DNA of 32,000 bases from Candidatus Saccharimonadota bacterium (GTDB lineage: Bacteria > Patescibacteriota > Gracilibacteria > UBA1369 > 2-02-FULL-48-14), in NCBI GenBank assembly GCA_965230905.1, contig OZ246396.1:60001-92000 (forward strand), in the 5' to 3' direction. Made by a program: the position numbers and the translations under genes. Position 1 is the first letter of the stretch. The number at the start of each line of letters is the position of its first letter. The notes beneath the pieces were generated by a model that saw nothing but the letters and a program-made list of their open reading frames with translations, ran no database searches and had not been told where the DNA came from. Positions 27,461 through 32,000 of this stretch are shown here, one piece after another.

Positions 27461-28353
27461 TTTTTCACCAACTCAGCCGTAACCACCAGGCGTTTTAAAG
27501 CGGTGCCCACCGGCGTGCAGGTCATGAGGGTGAGCGTTTTGGCGGCGCCTTGTTTCAAGATGCTCACATCGCTGGGGCTGACTTCCTTTTTAGAGGTCAC
27601 GCGGTAGTGGTATTCCTTTTGGTTGTTAGTGATGTAGATGTCGGCGCCCACCTCAATATCGGGCAGCAGGGCGAACACGGTGTTGTAGAGACTGGGCTCC
27701 CAGAGCACGTTGGAGCTGTGACCGGTGTAGAAGGCGTTTCCAATCTTTCCGGGTTCGGCGGTTCCAGGGTAGTGCACCACTCCACTCAAGAGGCTGCTTT
27801 GTATCTGTTTTTCCAAAGTGTTCCAGTCCTTGGCTTGCAAGGAGTCGAGGCCGAGTTGAGGTTCCACCACTTGAGCGTTGATCTTAAGCGAGGGCACGCG
27901 GATGCGGTCGTCGTAGGTGGTGGGCAGTAAGCTGAGGCCCAGGAGTTGATCCTGCATGGGAGCGGCTGGGAGTAGAGCCAGGGCTTCTTCGGGAGCTTTT
28001 TCAGGAATAGCGGCGCCGGTCCAAGGGTCGGTTTGTAGGCTGGCGAGGTGAAGCGGCGTTAAGTTCGCTTCCTGTTCCAATTGAGCGTGTTGAATGCTGG
28101 CGGAAATGATTTTTGTGTAAGCGGGCGCGTTGGTGAGGCTGAAGAGAATCAGGTAAATCACTGCGGCCGTGGCGGCAAAACGTTTTACTCCGCCGAAACG
28201 AGAAAAGGCCGGCAATTGGAGCAAAGCGGCTTCATGCGCGGAGAGGTCCAGACGCAGGTAAGACTCTTCTTCCAAAGCAAGAATTTTACGGTCTACCTGG
28301 AAGGCCAGGCGGGACACGAGCGACGAGAAGGGTGCCTTACGTGAATTCATCAA
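27457..28353 (-). CDS. sortase-family transpeptidase
   Basis: N-terminal membrane anchor (AATAAVIYLILFSL). Catalytic His in FYTGHSS, Cys in TLTLMTCTP (TLxTC) and Arg in LKRLVVTAEL. Confidence 0.85.
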   Translation of the reverse strand: MMNSRKAPFSSLVSRLAFQVDRKILALEEESYLRLDLSAHEAALLQLPAFSRFGGVKRFAATAAVIYLILFSLTNAPAYTKIISASIQHAQLEQEANLTPLHLASLQTDPWTGAAIPEKAPEEALALLPAAPMQDQLLGLSLLPTTYDDRIRVPSLKINAQVVEPQLGLDSLQAKDWNTLEKQIQSSLLSGVVHYPGTAEPGKIGNAFYTGHSSNVLWEPSLYNTVFALLPDIEVGADIYITNNQKEYHYRVTSKKEVSPSDVSILKQGAAKTLTLMTCTPVGTALKRLVVTAELVKN

Positions 28354-28388
28354 CTCATTATACCAGAATTGAGGGCTTTTTTCCAGGT

Positions 28389-28805
28389 TTATGGCTCAGA
28401 TTGCACGGGCATGGAATCTGCCACTAGTTCCTTAATTTTTGCTACGAGGTCTTTTATATGAAAAGGCATTCCCAGAAAATGAATGTTTTCCCCTGCCAAC
28501 TCTCCTTCCACCGTAGAACTGATTAAACTCTTTGGGCTCATGGTTGTTAAAATTACAATAGGCGTGGTGAGCTGATGCTTTATTTTAAGATCATTTAACT
28601 CGTGAACCGGATTTTCTTCACAATGCACCACTATGCATGCCGGTTTCAAAAGCTCATCCGCAATGAGGTACCTTAAGGCTGCCATCGATCGGTGCACCCC
28701 TGTGTCCCATTCCAGATCCTGGTCTTTGAAGTAATCAGGCAACTCATCGGCAAATAACTCCGCCAAGGGTTCATAACTTTCAATAAAAAGGATCGTCTTA
28801 TTCAA
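28389..28805 (-). CDS. receiver-like (CheY-fold) protein lacking phospho-acceptor residues
   Basis: The layout matches a response-regulator receiver: ILFIES for ILIVDD, ACIVVHCEEN at the phospho-Asp strand, PIVILTT, and LGMPFHIKDLVAKIKEL for KPF..eL. The acidic pair, the acceptor Asp and the conserved Lys are all substituted. Confidence 0.55.
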   Translation of the reverse strand: MNKTILFIESYEPLAELFADELPDYFKDQDLEWDTGVHRSMAALRYLIADELLKPACIVVHCEENPVHELNDLKIKHQLTTPIVILTTMSPKSLISSTVEGELAGENIHFLGMPFHIKDLVAKIKELVADSMPVQSEP

Positions 28806-28829
28806 TGGGTTCTAATAAAAGAACTTATC

Positions 28830-29945
28830 TTAGGACATAATTCCTCCCCCGACAAGCTCAGTTCCGCGGTAGAGCACAACGGATTGGCCGGGCATGAGGC
28901 CCGTTTCGGGCGTGAGGAAGCTGATTTTGAAACCGTCGGGAGTTTGGTAGAGGCGTGCGTCCGTGAACGAGCCTTGGCTACGCACGCGAGCAGATAGGAT
29001 TTCGTCTTCCGCCGGCGCGGTGCCGGAAAGGAAGTTGAGTTCGCGCACCGGAATTTCGTGGATTTGGAGTTCTTCCTCATTCCCAACAATCAGCACGTTG
29101 CGTATTTTGTCCATTTTATTTACATAGAGCGCGGGGCCGCCGCCCACGCCAATTCCTTTACGCTGACCAACGGTATAAAAAGGCAGACCGGTGTGCTCGC
29201 CGACCACTTTTCCATCGGTGGTTTCAATGGTGCCGGCCTTAAAATCTTCGCCGGGTTTGAGGTAGCGTTTTAAAAATTCAAAGTAGGTTTTTTCGGGGTA
29301 AAAGCAGACGCCCTGGCTTTCGCGTTTGTCTTCGAGTTCGGTGAGCCCAAAACGTTTGGCGATTTCGCGCACCTCGGGCTTGGTGTATTTGCCGAGGGGG
29401 AATTTAATTTTCTGTAGTTTGTCTTGGCTGAGGTTGTACAAAAAGTAGGTTTGGTCTTTGGCGGTGTCCTTGCCGCGGTGGAGTTCCACGAGCCCGTCTT
29501 TTTCTAGCAGGTCTGCATAATGGCCGGTGGCTAAAAAGTCGCAGCCGAGTTCTTCCATTTTCTTGAATAGAATTCCGAATTTAACCGTTTTGTTGCAACG
29601 CACGCACGGATTGGGGGTTTCGCCTTCCTTGAAACCTTCCAAGAAAAAGTCCACTACGTTTTCTTTAAACACATCTTCAAAGTTGATGCTGTAAAAAGGC
29701 ATGCCGAGTTTTTGGCAGATGCTGCGCGCAAACATCAGCGAGCCGATGGAGCAGCACTTGTTTTGGGGGAATTTTTTGCGGTCTTCCAGATCAAAAACGG
29801 TGGGATCCGCCCACAGATTCATGTAGACGCCCACGCAGTCGTAGCCCTGCTCTTTGAGCAAGGCAGCGGTCACGGAAGAATCGAGCCCCCCAGACATACC
29901 CACCAATACCTTTCCCCCGCGAGGGACTTTGTCTTTTGTCTTCAT
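28830..29945 (-). CDS. mnmA: tRNA 2-thiouridine(34) synthase
   Basis: PP-loop VLVGMSGGLDSSV, the catalytic Cys context NPCVRCN, and KDQTYFL plus the conserved C-terminal barrel blocks. Confidence 0.95.
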   Translation of the reverse strand: MKTKDKVPRGGKVLVGMSGGLDSSVTAALLKEQGYDCVGVYMNLWADPTVFDLEDRKKFPQNKCCSIGSLMFARSICQKLGMPFYSINFEDVFKENVVDFFLEGFKEGETPNPCVRCNKTVKFGILFKKMEELGCDFLATGHYADLLEKDGLVELHRGKDTAKDQTYFLYNLSQDKLQKIKFPLGKYTKPEVREIAKRFGLTELEDKRESQGVCFYPEKTYFEFLKRYLKPGEDFKAGTIETTDGKVVGEHTGLPFYTVGQRKGIGVGGGPALYVNKMDKIRNVLIVGNEEELQIHEIPVRELNFLSGTAPAEDEILSARVRSQGSFTDARLYQTPDGFKISFLTPETGLMPGQSVVLYRGTELVGGGIMS

Positions 29946-30005
29946 AAAATTCTTGCTCTGAGAGCTTGGTCAATATAAAATGAGATATTAGACTAGTCAA
30001 CTGCC

Positions 30006-32000
30006 ATGATCAAACCCGTTCTCACTGCCGCCAAGAAATATCTTCCCCAACTCAATGAAGAAAGAGTGACGCGGGCGTATGAATTTGCCAAAACCGCACA
30101 CGAAGGACAAACCCGAAAAGACGGTGCGCCTTATATCACGCATCCGGTTACGGCAGCGTTGATTTTGACCGATTTGCATGTGGATGAGGACACCTTGATT
30201 GCGTGTCTACTCCACGATGTGCCGGAGGACACCACGTACACTTTAGAAGACATTGAAAACGAGTTCGGAGCCAAGGTGGAATTTCTGGTGGATGGAATTA
30301 CGAAACTTTCGAAGGTGCATTACCGAAACGACATGGAAGAGCGGCAGATTGAATCTTTGAAAAAACTGTTTTTGCACTCGGCCAAGGACCCGCGCATTAT
30401 TTTGATCAAGCTGGCAGACCGTCTGCACAATATGCAAACCATCGACGCCATTCCGAATCCCCAGAAGCGCGAACGCATCGCCCGTGAAACCTTGGAAATC
30501 TTTGTGCCGATTGCGAATTTGCTGGGTATATGGGAGCTCAAAAATCAGCTCGAGGATTGGTGTTTTCACGTTTTGGCGCCCAAGGAATATGAAGAAATTG
30601 CGCAACTGGTGAGCAGCTCGATCCTACAAAAACAAAATGTTCTGAAGAAAACCATCAAGAAAGTGGAGACCCTGCTCAAGAGTAAAAAAATAAAAAACTT
30701 CGAAATAAAAGGACGCCAAAAAAATCTCTACAGCATTTATAGAAAGATGCTTCGCAGCGGAAAGAGTTTTCACGAAATTTATGATTTGCTGGGAATCCGT
30801 GTGCTGACCGAGGACATTGGCGGTTGCTACCAGGTGCTCGGAATTTTGCATCAAAATTTCACGCCAAAAATTGGGCGACTCAAGGATTACATTGCGATTC
30901 CCAAGTCCAACGGTTATCAAAGCATTCACACCACGGTGTTTGGCGTGGATGGCGTGATCACGGAATTTCAAATCCGCACGGAGGACATGCATTTGGAGAA
31001 CGAATATGGAATCGCGGCACATTATTTTTACGCCAAGGCGCGCAAAAAGCAGGCGCAAATGCAGAAAAAATTTAAGAAGAAATATGAGTGGGTGAAACAA
31101 ATTTTAGATCTGCAACGGAATATATCCAGCAACAAACAGTTCCTTGAACATTTGAAGCTGGATATTTTTGAAGACCGGATTTTTGTGTTCACACCCAAAG
31201 GAGATGTGATCGACTTGCCACTGGGTTCCAGCGTGCTCGACTTTGCGTATCAAATCCACAGCGACGTGGGCATGCTCGCGGTTTCAGCCGACATCAACGG
31301 GAAGATTTTTCCCATCATCACGCAACTAAAAAGCGGTGATGTCGTGATGGTGAAAACGTCTGAAGAGTCCGATGGTCCTCAATTGGAATGGCTCGACAAT
31401 GTGCACACCAACTTGGCGCGAACCCGCATTCGTGAGTTCCTTAAAGAACGTGACCGCACCACGGTTATGCACCAGGCGGAGGGACTGCTCGATCAAAAAA
31501 TTCTCGACCTTGGCTTCCCCGGCGCAGCCTCCCTCACGAGCTTACAAAAAATCATGGCGCTGGAACATTTTGAAATGGAAGGGTGGGAGGATCTTTTGTA
31601 CGAAATTGGAAACGGCACGGTGAATGTCCATGACCTGATTCACATTTTGTTCACCGATAAAGAATTGTTTGGCGAAGAACGCGCGCCGGTGGATGCGGGG
31701 CTTTATGACCGTATTCCACGAAGAAAACTCAAGGCACCCAATCCTGAAAAAGTGCATCACATATCTGTTAACATTGAGGGTGCAAACCGCATTGGACTGC
31801 TGCGCGACCTCTGCAACGAGCTCGCAAATGTGGGCGTGAACATTGTGATGGTGCAGTCTATGCCGCGCCTCCAACCCAATGTGGCGCGCATCGGATTTGT
31901 AATCGAAATTATCGATTTCGCTCAATACGAAGTCGCCATGCGGGCCATACGAAAAGTCGACGGCGTGTTCAGCGTGCTGCGTCTGCAAAGTGAGCCGGTT
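30006..32000 (+). CDS. rel: bifunctional RelA/SpoT-family (p)ppGpp synthetase/hydrolase, 3' end beyond the window
   Basis: Not in the ORF track because no stop occurs. ATG at 30006 opens 665 uninterrupted codons to base 32000. HD domain (HPVTAALIL…LLHDVPEDT), synthetase blocks (GRQKNLYSIYRKM, GIRVLT, DYIAIPKSNGYQSIHTTV), TGS (VFTPKGDVIDLPLGSSVLDFAYQIHSDVG) and an ACT-like end (ISVNIEGANRIGLLRDL). Minus-strand ORFs 30243..30605, 30624..31100 and 31542..31988 are shadow ORFs. Confidence 0.92.
   Translation, partial: MIKPVLTAAKKYLPQLNEERVTRAYEFAKTAHEGQTRKDGAPYITHPVTAALILTDLHVDEDTLIACLLHDVPEDTTYTLEDIENEFGAKVEFLVDGITKLSKVHYRNDMEERQIESLKKLFLHSAKDPRIILIKLADRLHNMQTIDAIPNPQKRERIARETLEIFVPIANLLGIWELKNQLEDWCFHVLAPKEYEEIAQLVSSSILQKQNVLKKTIKKVETLLKSKKIKNFEIKGRQKNLYSIYRKMLRSGKSFHEIYDLLGIRVLTEDIGGCYQVLGILHQNFTPKIGRLKDYIAIPKSNGYQSIHTTVFGVDGVITEFQIRTEDMHLENEYGIAAHYFYAKARKKQAQMQKKFKKKYEWVKQILDLQRNISSNKQFLEHLKLDIFEDRIFVFTPKGDVIDLPLGSSVLDFAYQIHSDVGMLAVSADINGKIFPIITQLKSGDVVMVKTSEESDGPQLEWLDNVHTNLARTRIREFLKERDRTTVMHQAEGLLDQKILDLGFPGAASLTSLQKIMALEHFEMEGWEDLLYEIGNGTVNVHDLIHILFTDKELFGEERAPVDAGLYDRIPRRKLKAPNPEKVHHISVNIEGANRIGLLRDLCNELANVGVNIVMVQSMPRLQPNVARIGFVIEIIDFAQYEVAMRAIRKVDGVFSVLRLQSEPV

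Noticed and set aside
27216-27470. The hairpin region might be a known RNA: SRP/4.5S, 6S, RNase P or tmRNA.
   Set aside because: There is no SRP domain-IV motif (GGAA tetraloop with flanking AGCA/GGAAG loops). There is no RNase P GAGGAAAGUCC block. There is no tRNA-like end or tag ORF for tmRNA. 6S cannot be excluded from primary sequence, so the region is left unclassified.

Overview
This is a gene-dense bacterial window of about 26 credible CDS and one tRNA. It uses the standard genetic code: genes end in TGA and long conserved ORFs are intact. Archaeal-type ProRS, a short FolC, DUF4256-like proteins, a sortase and many acidic or Pro-rich orphan proteins suggest a streamlined Patescibacteria/CPR-like genome; that is inference only. 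Recognisable housekeeping genes are proS, an S8 peptidase, tRNA-Val(GAC), a UvrD-type helicase fused to a Cas4/AddB-like nuclease with an overlapping NUDIX gene, comF, two GT4 glycosyltransferases, dnaX, a folC-like gene, ligA, mnmA and a near-complete RelA/SpoT gene. The RelA/SpoT gene (30006 to the window end) is missing from the ORF track because it has no stop in the window. The most unusual region lies directly 3' of tRNA-Val, at about 5800-9900. It holds four same-strand, AT-shifted orphan genes, and a conserved element of about 33 nt (CTAGGATCAT..GCCSCACCA) lies immediately 3' of each of the first three genes, 5' of the next. No recombinase is present. Other points of interest are two adjacent very long hairpins in the convergent gap 27222-27460 and two pairs of divergent paralogs (DUF4256-like proteins, and a helical C-terminal module shared by 3524..4252 and 26746..27216). 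There are also a promoter-plus-terminator unit in the 4253-4499 gap, an E. coli-type A AAA AAG heptamer in dnaX, and a pseudo-receiver next to the sortase. No CRISPR array, rRNA or transposase was seen. All family assignments rest on motifs read by eye; no database search was run.
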